A stretch of DNA of 64,000 nt from Oscillospiraceae bacterium (GTDB lineage Bacteria; Bacillota; Clostridia; Oscillospirales; Oscillospiraceae): positions 7,847 to 71,846 of the forward strand of contig WRAK01000007.1 in assembly GCA_009780235.1 (NCBI GenBank), written 5' to 3'. This document shows, in pieces, positions 1-7,857 of the stretch (position 1 is the first letter of the stretch; each line of letters begins with the position of its first letter). A program made the translations under genes and the position numbers. Below the pieces are notes generated by a model, which saw nothing but the letters and a program-made list of their open reading frames with translations, did not search any database and was not told the DNA's origin.

Positions 1-780
1 CTGCGTGTCACCTCCGGGCCGACGATTGAAAAGGCGGGAGACTTGGCGGCATTGCTCACCAATTTGGGGGAGAATGATATCCTCTTTGTGGACGAAATCC
101 ATCGGCTCAATCGGGCGGTGGAGGAGATTTTGTACCCGGCGATGGAAGATTACGCCTTGGACATCATCATCGGCAAGGGGCCGTCGGCAAACTCGATTCG
201 CTTGGATTTGCCCCGCTTTACGTTGGTGGGAGCGACGACGCGCTCCGGGCAGTTGTCCTCACCGCTGAGAGACCGTTTCGGGGTTATGCTTCGGCTGGAG
301 CTTTATTCGGTGGAGGAGCTTTGCAAAATCGTCACACGTAGTGCGGGGATTTTGGACGTGCCTATCGAGCCGGAGGGGGCGATGGAAATTGCGTCACGCT
401 CGCGGGGTACGCCCCGTATCGCCAATCGGATGCTCAGGCGGGTGCGGGACTTTGCCGAGGTGAAAGCGGACGGGGTTATCACCCGCGCCGTGGCGGATAG
501 TGCGCTGACGAGCCTTGAGGTAGACCATCTGGGGCTTGACGCGCTCGACAGGCGGATGCTGCGCAGTATCATCGAACACTACGGTGGCGGCCCCGTGGGT
601 TTGGAGACGCTGGCGGCTACGGTGGGGGAGGAGTCCATCACCTTGGAAGATGTATATGAGCCGTATTTGTTGCAACAGGGGTTCTTGTCCCGTACGCCGA
701 GAGGGCGGTGTGTGACACAGAAGGCGTATCGGCATTTGGGGATTGCGGTTGTGGGACAGCAGGCCTTGGAGATGGAATAG
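1..780 (+). CDS. ruvB: Holliday junction branch migration ATPase RuvB (5' end outside window)
   Basis: Frame 1 is open from base 1. Peptide [10 protein letters not shown]...[20 protein letters not shown] is typical RuvB. Stop at 778-780. Confidence 0.9.
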   Translation: MRVTSGPTIEKAGDLAALLTNLGENDILFVDEIHRLNRAVEEILYPAMEDYALDIIIGKGPSANSIRLDLPRFTLVGATTRSGQLSSPLRDRFGVMLRLELYSVEELCKIVTRSAGILDVPIEPEGAMEIASRSRGTPRIANRMLRRVRDFAEVKADGVITRAVADSALTSLEVDHLGLDALDRRMLRSIIEHYGGGPVGLETLAATVGEESITLEDVYEPYLLQQGFLSRTPRGRCVTQKAYRHLGIAVVGQQALEME

Positions 781-789
781 GAGCACCCA

Positions 790-1533
790 ATGAAAAATAA
801 ACCACGCAAACACATCATCATCCGCACGGCTCTTTTGCTCATCGGCCTACTGTCGTTGGCAAATGTAACATTCCTATACCTCGTGGCAAATCCGACGATG
901 GGGTTTCATTTGCAGTTGGCGATTTCCATCGGGCTGATTGTATATGCCATTTGCTTTAATTGGATTTCCAAGAAAATCCACATCGCCATCGGGCTTCTCG
1001 CCCTTATCCCCATCGCTTTTGTGCTGTTCCTGTTCATCTACGGCAATGTGAGTAATGTGGATTACAATGAAGACGTGGTCATTGTCCTCGGAGCCGGGAT
1101 TCACGGGGAGACGGTCAGCCGACCATTGGCGCGGCGGTTGGACGCGGCGATAGACTATTGGAACCGCAATCCGGATGCGTATATCGTTGTCACCGGCGGG
1201 TTGGGAAATCGGGCGACGATTACCGAGGCGGAGGCGATGGCGCGGTACCTCATCCGAAGAGGTGTGCCGGCGGAGCGGATTTTGCTGGAGGAGCTATCGA
1301 CTTCGACCTATGAAAATCTCGTGTTTGCGAAAGAGATTTTAGACGAACATTTCCCCGACGGTTGGCGGGCGGCTGTGATTACGAATGACTTTCATATCTA
1401 CCGTTCCGTCCGCACGGCACGGGCTGTGGGGATTGATGCGGGACGAATCGGGGCGTATACGGAGTGGTATACTTGGCCGGTGAATTATCTGCGGGAGATG
1501 CTGGCCGTGGTGCAGTTGTGGGTTGGCGGATAA
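790..1533 (+). CDS. DUF218 (YdcF/SanA-like) membrane protein
   Basis: N-terminal TM helices followed by VVIVLGAGIHG...VTGGLGNRATITEAEAMARYL...STSTYEN, the DUF218 pattern. Confidence 0.7.
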   Translation: MKNKPRKHIIIRTALLLIGLLSLANVTFLYLVANPTMGFHLQLAISIGLIVYAICFNWISKKIHIAIGLLALIPIAFVLFLFIYGNVSNVDYNEDVVIVLGAGIHGETVSRPLARRLDAAIDYWNRNPDAYIVVTGGLGNRATITEAEAMARYLIRRGVPAERILLEELSTSTYENLVFAKEILDEHFPDGWRAAVITNDFHIYRSVRTARAVGIDAGRIGAYTEWYTWPVNYLREMLAVVQLWVGG

Positions 1534-1560
1534 TTGTTATACCGGAAGGAGAATTTAACA

Positions 1561-2016
1561 ATGACCATAATCAATGTCAGAGATAACCCGGCGTATAAAG
1601 AACAGGCAATTGCCTACATCCAAAGCAAATGGGCGAATCGGAGAAACAAAGCGGTTTACGAGGACTGCATCTCGCACAGTATTGACGCGAAAAATCCCTT
1701 GCCGATTTGGTATTTGCTACTGGATGCAGACATCATCATCGGATGCGCGGGGCTGATTACGAACGATTTTATCAGCCGCATGGATTTGTGTCCGTGGTTG
1801 TGCGCGCTTTGGGTGGATAAGAAGTACAGAGGGCAGAACTTGGGTAATCTGCTGATTGCGCAAATCAAAGAAGATACGGCGAAGGCAGGGTTTGACACAC
1901 TCTATCTCAGTACAGACCATAAGGGGTATTATGAGAAGTATGGGTTTTCGTATATCGGAGACGGGTATCATCCGTGGGGGGAGCGTTCTCGGATTTATGG
2001 GTGTGAGGTGGGGTAA
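1561..2016 (+). CDS. GNAT family N-acetyltransferase
   Basis: ATG at 1561 sits 9 nt after GGAAGGAG. Motif WVDKKYRGQNLGNLLI matches the GNAT acetyl-CoA motif A. Confidence 0.7.
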   Translation: MTIINVRDNPAYKEQAIAYIQSKWANRRNKAVYEDCISHSIDAKNPLPIWYLLLDADIIIGCAGLITNDFISRMDLCPWLCALWVDKKYRGQNLGNLLIAQIKEDTAKAGFDTLYLSTDHKGYYEKYGFSYIGDGYHPWGERSRIYGCEVG

Positions 2017-2176
2017 ACCTATGAAAAAGTATCATTCTCGTAAGTTCAACGCACGGCGCGATGAGGATAACTGACGTCCCAAGAACGCAAGGCGAAGCCG
2101 CCGCGTGATTGGATGACGGAAGGAATGCTTTAGGGCATCGCGCCCTACAATATCATTACCAAAAGGAGCAAAAACA

Positions 2177-3526
2177 ATGGGTAAACTATTCGGTACTGAC
2201 GGAATCCGCGGTGTGGCAAACGTGGATTTGGACATCGACCTCGCTATGAAAATCGGTCAGGCGGTGGGGATTGTGATGGGGGAGGAGAAGGGGAGTGCCC
2301 CTGTGTTTGTCATCGGCAAGGATACGCGTCTGAGTTCCGATATGCTGGAGTCGGCCCTCGTGGCGGGGCTTTGTGCATCCGGGGCGGACGTTGCGGTGCT
2401 CGGCGTTGTGCCAACGCCTGCGGTGGCGTATATTACGGCACGTTCCAAGGCGGATGCGGGGATAGTCATTTCTGCGTCCCACAATCCGTTCCAAGATAAT
2501 GGCATCAAGATTTTCAACGGATTGGGCTTCAAGCTCTCCGATGAACTGGAGGGACGGGTGGAGGATTTGATTCTCTCCGACTCTCCTCTCCCCTTGCAGA
2601 CTTGTGAAAAAATTGGCAAAGTCCTGCGCAAAAATCAGGACTGGGTGGAGCAATATATCGACCACTTGACCTCTGCCGCCGTGTGTGACCTCTCCGGCCT
2701 CAAGGTGTTCATCGACTGTTCCAACGGTGCCGCCGCGCGGACGGCTTCCCGCTTGTTTACCCGGTTCAAACTGGACCTGGAGATTATCAAAGACCATCCC
2801 AACGGTACGAACATCAACGACAATTGCGGCTCGACGGACACGTCTTTCCTCAGTCGGGCGGTGGTGTCGGGGGGCTATGATATCGGCATTGCCTTTGACG
2901 GAGATGCCGACAGGTGTATTATCGTGGATGAGAAAGGCAATACCGTAGACGGCGACAAGATTATGGGTGTCTGCGGCCTCGCTCTGAAGCGCGAAGGCAA
3001 GCTTGCAAAGGACACGATTGTCGCCACGGTGATGAGCAACCTCGGCTTCCACGATTTTGCGGCGCAGAACGGCATCTCCCTCGTGTGTACGGCGGTCGGT
3101 GACCGCAATGTGTTGGAGAAGATGCTGGAGGGCGGCTATGTACTCGGCGGCGAACAGTCGGGGCATATCATTTTCCTTGACTACGCCACCACGGGTGACG
3201 GGCAACTCGCGGCCTTGCAGTTTCTCAATGTGCTTGCGGTTTCGGGCAAACCTGTCTCGGAGTTGGTCGGTGCGATTCCCAATTATCCGCAGGTGCTGAT
3301 TAATGTTCCCATCGAGGGCGGCAATGCGGCCAAGGAGGCTGTGATGGCATCGGATGCTTTACAAGCGGCCATTTCCGAGGCAGAGACGGCACTCGGCGGC
3401 AAGGGTCGGGTTTTGGTACGCCCCTCGGGGACAGAGCCGAAAATTCGTGTCATGGTAGAGGCCGAGACGCAGGGAATTGCGGACGAAACGGCGGGACGGC
3501 TCGCTGAACTCGTGAAAACATTGTAA
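2177..3526 (+). CDS. glmM: phosphoglucosamine mutase
   Basis: MGKLFGTDGIRGVAN start, active-site SASHNP and GEQSGH motifs, 449 aa. Confidence 0.92.
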   Translation: MGKLFGTDGIRGVANVDLDIDLAMKIGQAVGIVMGEEKGSAPVFVIGKDTRLSSDMLESALVAGLCASGADVAVLGVVPTPAVAYITARSKADAGIVISASHNPFQDNGIKIFNGLGFKLSDELEGRVEDLILSDSPLPLQTCEKIGKVLRKNQDWVEQYIDHLTSAAVCDLSGLKVFIDCSNGAAARTASRLFTRFKLDLEIIKDHPNGTNINDNCGSTDTSFLSRAVVSGGYDIGIAFDGDADRCIIVDEKGNTVDGDKIMGVCGLALKREGKLAKDTIVATVMSNLGFHDFAAQNGISLVCTAVGDRNVLEKMLEGGYVLGGEQSGHIIFLDYATTGDGQLAALQFLNVLAVSGKPVSELVGAIPNYPQVLINVPIEGGNAAKEAVMASDALQAAISEAETALGGKGRVLVRPSGTEPKIRVMVEAETQGIADETAGRLAELVKTL

Positions 3527-3552
3527 TTTTCAGGGGAAACTTGCAGAATTGC

Positions 3553-3581
3553 TTGACATTTTGCCTGAATAGGCATATACT
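3553..3581 (+). promoter_or_regulatory. sigma-A type promoter upstream of sigH
   Basis: TTGACA (3553-3558), a 17-nt spacer, then TATACT (3576-3581), 12 nt before the ATG region. Confidence 0.5.
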
Positions 3582-3592
3582 ACGATAAAGTT

Positions 3593-4198
3593 ATGATGGA
3601 TGAATTATACAATTTGACAGATGAAACCCTCCAAGCCCTTGCCGTGCAAGGGGATGACAGCGCAGAGGAGCTTTTGGTGCAACGGTTTGGCCGCTTGGTG
3701 AAGGCGAGCGCACGTCCCCTGTTTTTGGCCGGGGGCGACAGCGAGGATTTGACCCAAGAGGGAATGCTGGGTCTGCTCGCCGCGATTCGCACGTTCTCGC
3801 CGGGTGCGGGTGCCTCGTTTCAGACCTATGCAGAGGTCTGTGTGCGTCGTCGCTTGCTTAGTGCGGTGAAGACGGCGTCCCGCTATAAACACGGTCCGCT
3901 CAATCACGCGGTTTCTTTTGATTCCTCACAATTTGACGAAATTTCGGGACCGCACCTCCCTCGTGCTTTGGAGGAACAAATCCTCTCCCAAGAGCGGGCC
4001 GATGAGATGCACCGACGATTTCAAGATGTACTCTCCCCCTTTGAGCATGAGATTCTCAGGCTGTTTCTTGACGGCCTCAGCTATCAAGAGATGGCCGCGC
4101 GTGCCGGGAAACCGGTGAAGTCGGTCGATAACGCGGTACAGCGGATTCGGAAAAAGCTCTCCGAAACATTCCCCCTCGGCGAAATCAGCCCCGGCTGA
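3593..4198 (+). CDS. sigH: sigma-70 family sigma factor, SigH-like (early sporulation)
   Basis: DLTQEGMLGLLAAIRTF...SFQTYAEVCVRRRLLSAVKTASRYKHGPLN resembles SigH region 2. C-terminal HTH SYQEMAARAGKPVKSVDNAVQRIRKKL. Confidence 0.7.
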   Translation: MMDELYNLTDETLQALAVQGDDSAEELLVQRFGRLVKASARPLFLAGGDSEDLTQEGMLGLLAAIRTFSPGAGASFQTYAEVCVRRRLLSAVKTASRYKHGPLNHAVSFDSSQFDEISGPHLPRALEEQILSQERADEMHRRFQDVLSPFEHEILRLFLDGLSYQEMAARAGKPVKSVDNAVQRIRKKLSETFPLGEISPG

Positions 4199-4237
4199 TG
4201 CGTAATATTAAAGTCTAGCAAAAGTGAGGATTCAAGC

Positions 4238-4510
4238 ATGTACGAAGACAGAGGTATACAGTGCAAAGAGTGTAGTGAAGAGTTCATCTTCACGGCCGGT
4301 GAGCAGGAGTTTTATGCCGAGCGTGGTTTCCAGAATGAGCCGCAACGCTGCAAAAATTGCCGTGACGCCCGCAAAGCGGCCGCCCGCGGCCCTCGTGAGT
4401 ACTTTACCGTTGCCTGCGCCGAATGCGGCGGTGAGGCGAAAGTACCTTTTGAGCCGAAGACGGATCGCCCGGTATATTGCAGCGATTGTTTTGCGAACTC
4501 GAGGAATTAG
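4238..4510 (+). CDS. zinc-ribbon protein (CxxC-x17-CxxC type)
   Basis: Two CxxC...CxxC units (CKEC..CKNC; CAEC..CSDC), 90 aa, followed by a terminator. Confidence 0.65.
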   Translation: MYEDRGIQCKECSEEFIFTAGEQEFYAERGFQNEPQRCKNCRDARKAAARGPREYFTVACAECGGEAKVPFEPKTDRPVYCSDCFANSRN

Positions 4511-4536
4511 TCAGTCAATTAGTAATGCGGAAAAAT

Positions 4537-4572
4537 AAGCGTTTGGCGAGGTTGCCGAACGCTTGTTTTTTG
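4537..4572 (+). terminator. rho-independent terminator
   Basis: Stem AAGCGTTTGGC/GCCGAACGCTT with a 6-nt loop, followed by GTTTTTTGTTTT. Confidence 0.75.
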
Positions 4573-4703
4573 TTTTCGTTTGCAGAGGCGGGGTCCTGTC
4601 TTCTGCCTATGAGTTTCGTCTTGTTCATACGTTGGGCTTGCCTGCCGGCGGCGAGGCGAAAGCCAGCGTAAGGCTAAATAGAGCGGGTTGAGCAAGCGCG
4701 GCC

Positions 4704-5789
4704 CTACAACCGTTCCAGTAACTCCTGCAGATGATACTCCGCCAAATCATACACGCCGTCAAAGTCAATATGCGGATTCATGAGCTGTTCCGTCTCATCA
4801 TACACATCTTTCGCCTCGCCCAGCATGCGGACAGCTTCGTTGATGAGGAGGGCAAAGACTTTTTTGGAGAAGCGGATGCGGGTCTTTTGGTGCCGCATCC
4901 GCTCGCTGTTTGCCATCGCATCTAAGCGTATGTGGCGGTAGGCGGGGCCTTCGTATTGGATTTGATAGTCAGAGGAGACGAAGGCCAAGTCCAGCGGCAA
5001 GATAAACAGATGTTCCAACCGTTCGGGGTTCATGGGGGAGGGGCAGACAGTACAGTCGTGGCCTGCGGCGGTGGCGGCTTCGAGCAGGTCGGTGAGCATA
5101 GTGTGGGCGAGGCCGAAGTGGTTATCGAGATGATACACCCGTCCCGCCAGCGCATCCACCGTGTCCCAATGGGCGACGTGGCCTTTGTGGGTGAGGGCGG
5201 AGAGGAAGCGGCGGGTGATTTTGGGCGTGCCGCCCGGCCGCTTTTTCCCGATTTCCCGTGCGATGATGCCCCGCGTCCGCTTCCGCACGGCGGCAATGAC
5301 GGTTTCGTCTACAACGTGACTGCTAATTTCCCGCACCACGCTGTGGGCGGCGGCGATGCAGTCGTAGGCACGGGCGTAGAGGGCTTTGTATGTATGGGTC
5401 ATGTCCATGACTTGGGACTTGAAGGGGCGCAGGGCGTCGCAGTCGTAGAGCTCGCCGAGGTTGAGGTATTGCTCCAGCACGGCCATGTAGTTCGGTTCGA
5501 TGACATGCGGAGCCGTGCCGTCTACGTAGGCGGTACCGAGGGCGGGGATGTAGATGGCATCGAGCGAGTCGGGGTCTGCGGAGCAACTTATTTGCTCTAC
5601 GGTCAGCCCGGCTTCTTTCAGGCCGCTTGCGACGGTCTTGAGAAAGCTCGACTTTCCGCAGCCGGGGCCGCCTTTGATGATGTGGAGGACTTCGTCTGTA
5701 TATGGGTCAACCAGCCGGTCGTAGAGGGAATAAAACCCGGTCGGTGCATTCGAGCCGAGGAAGAAACGGATGTCTTGTGGTGTGTGCAT
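4704..5789 (-). CDS. P-loop ATPase of unknown function (PRK06851-like, from memory)
   Basis: Walker A GGPGCGKSS near the N-terminus, 361 aa. Confidence 0.55.
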   Translation of the reverse strand: MHTPQDIRFFLGSNAPTGFYSLYDRLVDPYTDEVLHIIKGGPGCGKSSFLKTVASGLKEAGLTVEQISCSADPDSLDAIYIPALGTAYVDGTAPHVIEPNYMAVLEQYLNLGELYDCDALRPFKSQVMDMTHTYKALYARAYDCIAAAHSVVREISSHVVDETVIAAVRKRTRGIIAREIGKKRPGGTPKITRRFLSALTHKGHVAHWDTVDALAGRVYHLDNHFGLAHTMLTDLLEAATAAGHDCTVCPSPMNPERLEHLFILPLDLAFVSSDYQIQYEGPAYRHIRLDAMANSERMRHQKTRIRFSKKVFALLINEAVRMLGEAKDVYDETEQLMNPHIDFDGVYDLAEYHLQELLERL

Positions 5790-5866
5790 GGTGAGTTACC
5801 CTTTCGCAATTTCTTAGTATAGCGTATGCGAATGGGGGTTGGATTGTTATTTTTGGGATGAAAATA

Positions 5867-5975
5867 GGGCGGCCGATGGCCGCCCGTGTGATTGTGTGTT
5901 TGTGTAGGGGGCGGCGTTCTTGACGCCCCACAGCGTTACGGTGTTGCAGGGCGCGATGAGGACGCCGCCCCCTGC
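5867..5975. repeat. palindromic repeat unit (GGGCGGCCGATGGCCGCCC) plus capped hairpin
   Basis: 19-bp palindrome at 5867-5885. Inverted arms TAGGGGGCGGCGT (5905-5917) and ACGCCGCCCCCT (5962-5973). Confidence 0.8.
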
Positions 5976-5988
5976 GACAAACGGGTGC

Positions 5989-6648
5989 CTACAGCAACTG
6001 CTGTCCGTTAATCGTCAGCGTGAACCGCAAATCCAACATCGCGGCCGCTCTGCGGCAGAGGGTCATACGGGAGAGGAAAATCTCGAAATAGTCCATAACC
6101 GCACAATGGGCGGTGTCGATGGAGAGGTTGAGGCTAATCTCCGTCTTATCCGCGCTGATGGCCAAGTAGGACTGTTCCACGGCGTAGTTGACGCGGTCAT
6201 GGATATCAAAGGTGGCGATGTCGCGGTTGCGGACACGGCTGCGGCGCACATCTGCCTTGTCGGCGAGGATGACGGCGGCACAGACGGCACTCACGGGGGC
6301 GGCGGTGCCCTCGTCGTGGTTGCCGATGGCGGTGATGACGGTGGCAATCTCCTCCGGGTCTCCGCCCATCTCATCCAGGAGACGGAACGCAATCAGCGCG
6401 CCGCTTTGGGCGTGGTCTTTGCGGTTGACCATGTTGCCGATGTCGTGCAAAAAGCCTGCGATTTGGGCGAGCTCCACCTCGCGCTCCGCGTAGCCCATGG
6501 TACGGAGGATATCGCCTGCTTCCATAGCGATTTTTGTCACATGGCCGAAGCTGTGATCCGTAAACCCTTGGACACTAAGGGTGTCGTCGGACTTTTGGAT
6601 GTAGGTTCTGATTTTTTCATTCTGCTGAATGTCGTTGTAACGAATCAT
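5989..6648 (-). CDS. HD-domain phosphohydrolase
   Basis: FGHVTKIA...GFLHDIGN contains the H...HD metal-binding motif, 219 aa. Confidence 0.75.
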   Translation of the reverse strand: MIRYNDIQQNEKIRTYIQKSDDTLSVQGFTDHSFGHVTKIAMEAGDILRTMGYAEREVELAQIAGFLHDIGNMVNRKDHAQSGALIAFRLLDEMGGDPEEIATVITAIGNHDEGTAAPVSAVCAAVILADKADVRRSRVRNRDIATFDIHDRVNYAVEQSYLAISADKTEISLNLSIDTAHCAVMDYFEIFLSRMTLCRRAAAMLDLRFTLTINGQQLL

Positions 6649-6774
6649 ATACGGTGCCTCCTTGTGGAAATATACCTACTTACTATAGCCTGATTTGGCT
6701 TTTTTGTAAAGTGCTATCCATCTTTTCTGCTGCATATAGATTATCTATATGAACTATATGGGGAGTGGTAGCTT

Positions 6775-7023
6775 TTGAAATCGAACATCGAGGAGCGTGC
6801 CTGTGACTTGGCGGTGTACATCATAGAGAGCAATGCGACGGTGCGCGCGGCGGCCAAAGAGTTTGGTATTTCAAAATCGACCGTACATAAAGATTTATCC
6901 GAACGCCTGCAGCAGTTTAACAAGCCCCTGTACTTGCAGGTGAAAGAGGTGTTAGAGAAAAATAAGGCAGAACGGCACATCAGGGGCGGCATTGCGACGC
7001 GGATGAAATATAAAGGGAAGTAG
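6775..7023 (+). CDS. spoIIID: sporulation transcriptional regulator SpoIIID
   Basis: IEERACDLAVYIIESNATVRAAAKEFGISKSTVHKDL...RHIRGGIATR is the characteristic SpoIIID sequence. TTG start. Confidence 0.85.
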   Translation: MKSNIEERACDLAVYIIESNATVRAAAKEFGISKSTVHKDLSERLQQFNKPLYLQVKEVLEKNKAERHIRGGIATRMKYKGK

Positions 7024-7025
7024 GG

Positions 7026-7056
7026 AAAACCCCGCCGAAAGGCGGGGTTTTTGTTT
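7026..7056 (+). terminator. rho-independent terminator of spoIIID
   Basis: AAAACCCCGCC-GAAA-GGCGGGGTTTT followed by TGTTTG. Confidence 0.8.
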
Positions 7057-7391
7057 GTGGAAGGAGGCTTGGTAACAAACGCCCACAATCAGCGCAAATG
7101 CACCCAAGCCGCGAAGCCTCCTTTTCCAAAGGAGGTGGCAGGCGCAGTTGCCCTTGACCTTAGCCCCGCCGGAGGCTAGGGGGAAGGTCGAAGGGGGACT
7201 AGTCCCCCTTCGAAGGCGCATCGTCCGCTGCAGGCGGACTGATACATTTTCCGCAGAAAATGTATGCGCCTGGAATCCTCAGTCGCCTGCGGCGACAGCT
7301 CCTTTGAAAAAGGAGCCTTTGCGGCTTATGTGTATTTGCAACAAGGAAGCTGCCGTATGATTTGAGATAGGCGGACGGCCAATGGCCGCCC
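7057..7391. repeat. non-coding cluster of at least 6 consecutive hairpins/palindromes
   Basis: Hairpin at 7117-7135. Perfect 26-bp palindrome TCGAAGGGGGACT/AGTCCCCCTTCGA at 7188-7213. Further hairpins at 7223-7239, 7242-7265, 7282-7296 and 7298-7316. Repeat copy at 7371-7395. Confidence 0.8.
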
Positions 7392-7703
7392 CTACGAGGT
7401 GCAGTCATCCACCCACCGCAAATACCCCGACAAGCCATTCGTGATGGGAATCTGGATAATCTCCGGCAGTTCATATTCATGATGCGCCCTAATCCTCGCT
7501 GAAATCCGCTCGAAGAGGTCAGCTCTGGTTTTGATGAACAGCACGATTTCGCTGCCATTTACCGCCTCACCGTTCCAAATATACGTGCTTTCCACAGGCA
7601 TCCGCTGTACACAGGCGGCGAGGTGTTCTGTTACCAGTAGTTTTGCGAGAGTTTCTGCGGATTCTTTGTTCGGACAGGCGGTTAAAACAATTGTATAGGC
7701 CAT
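7392..7703 (-). CDS. cutA: divalent-cation tolerance protein CutA
   Basis: 103 aa. LAACVQ...STYIWNGE...E.VL.IKT pattern of CutA1. Confidence 0.8.
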   Translation of the reverse strand: MAYTIVLTACPNKESAETLAKLLVTEHLAACVQRMPVESTYIWNGEAVNGSEIVLFIKTRADLFERISARIRAHHEYELPEIIQIPITNGLSGYLRWVDDCTS

Positions 7704-7741
7704 ATTACCACTCCTTTTTGTCTATCGTAGCACGGCGGGCA

Positions 7742-7770
7742 TTGACATTGCAAGAGTGGCGGTATAAAAT
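7742..7770 (+). promoter_or_regulatory. sigma-A type promoter of alaS
   Basis: TTGACA (7742-7747), a 17-nt spacer, then TAAAAT (7765-7770). Confidence 0.55.
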
Positions 7771-7786
7771 ATATAAATTACATGGT

Positions 7787-7845
7787 GTAGGGGTGCGCAG
7801 TATGCGCCTGCGGGCGGCTGTAAGCCGACCCCTACTGAGATTCGG
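7787..7845. repeat. GTAGGGG...CCCCTAC capped hairpin in the alaS leader
   Basis: GTAGGGG-TGCGCAGTATGCGC-...-GCGGCTGTAAGCCG-ACCCCTAC, with the same caps as the repeat family. Confidence 0.6.
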
Positions 7846-7857
7846 AGGCACACGGCT

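Noticed and set aside
2186-3205. 339-aa antisense ORF inside glmM. Similar long antisense or alternative-frame ORFs occur at 4932-5822, 5920-6693, 9559-10755, 10749-11918, 13277-14182, 16621-17448, 18424-19179 and 27030-28064.
   Set aside because: Each lies fully within a gene whose product has clear family motifs. Long stop-free shadow frames are expected in GC-rich DNA. Their products are Arg/Pro/His-rich with no recognisable motifs.
4631-4660. 13-mer CCTGCCGGCGGCG shared between 4640-4652 and 19455-19467.
   Set aside because: It is too short to distinguish from chance in GC-rich DNA, and I saw no further copies.
4704-6648. P-loop ATPase plus HD-domain gene pair as a possible defence system.
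   Set aside because: The genes are separated by a 200-bp repeat-containing spacer. From memory, both belong to families widely conserved in sporulating Firmicutes, and there is no nuclease or sensor partner. This looks like ordinary core genes.
7045-7068. Shared 14-mer TGTGGAAGGAGGCT after terminators at 7051 and at 52239.
   Set aside because: Several exact 14-mer matches are expected by chance in 64 kb on two strands. The flanking sequence shows no extended similarity.
7720-7857. T-box riboswitch upstream of alaS.
   Set aside because: The leader is only about 80 nt. I see no specifier-loop/T-box (AGGGTGGNACCGCG-like) sequence and no terminator/antiterminator pair.
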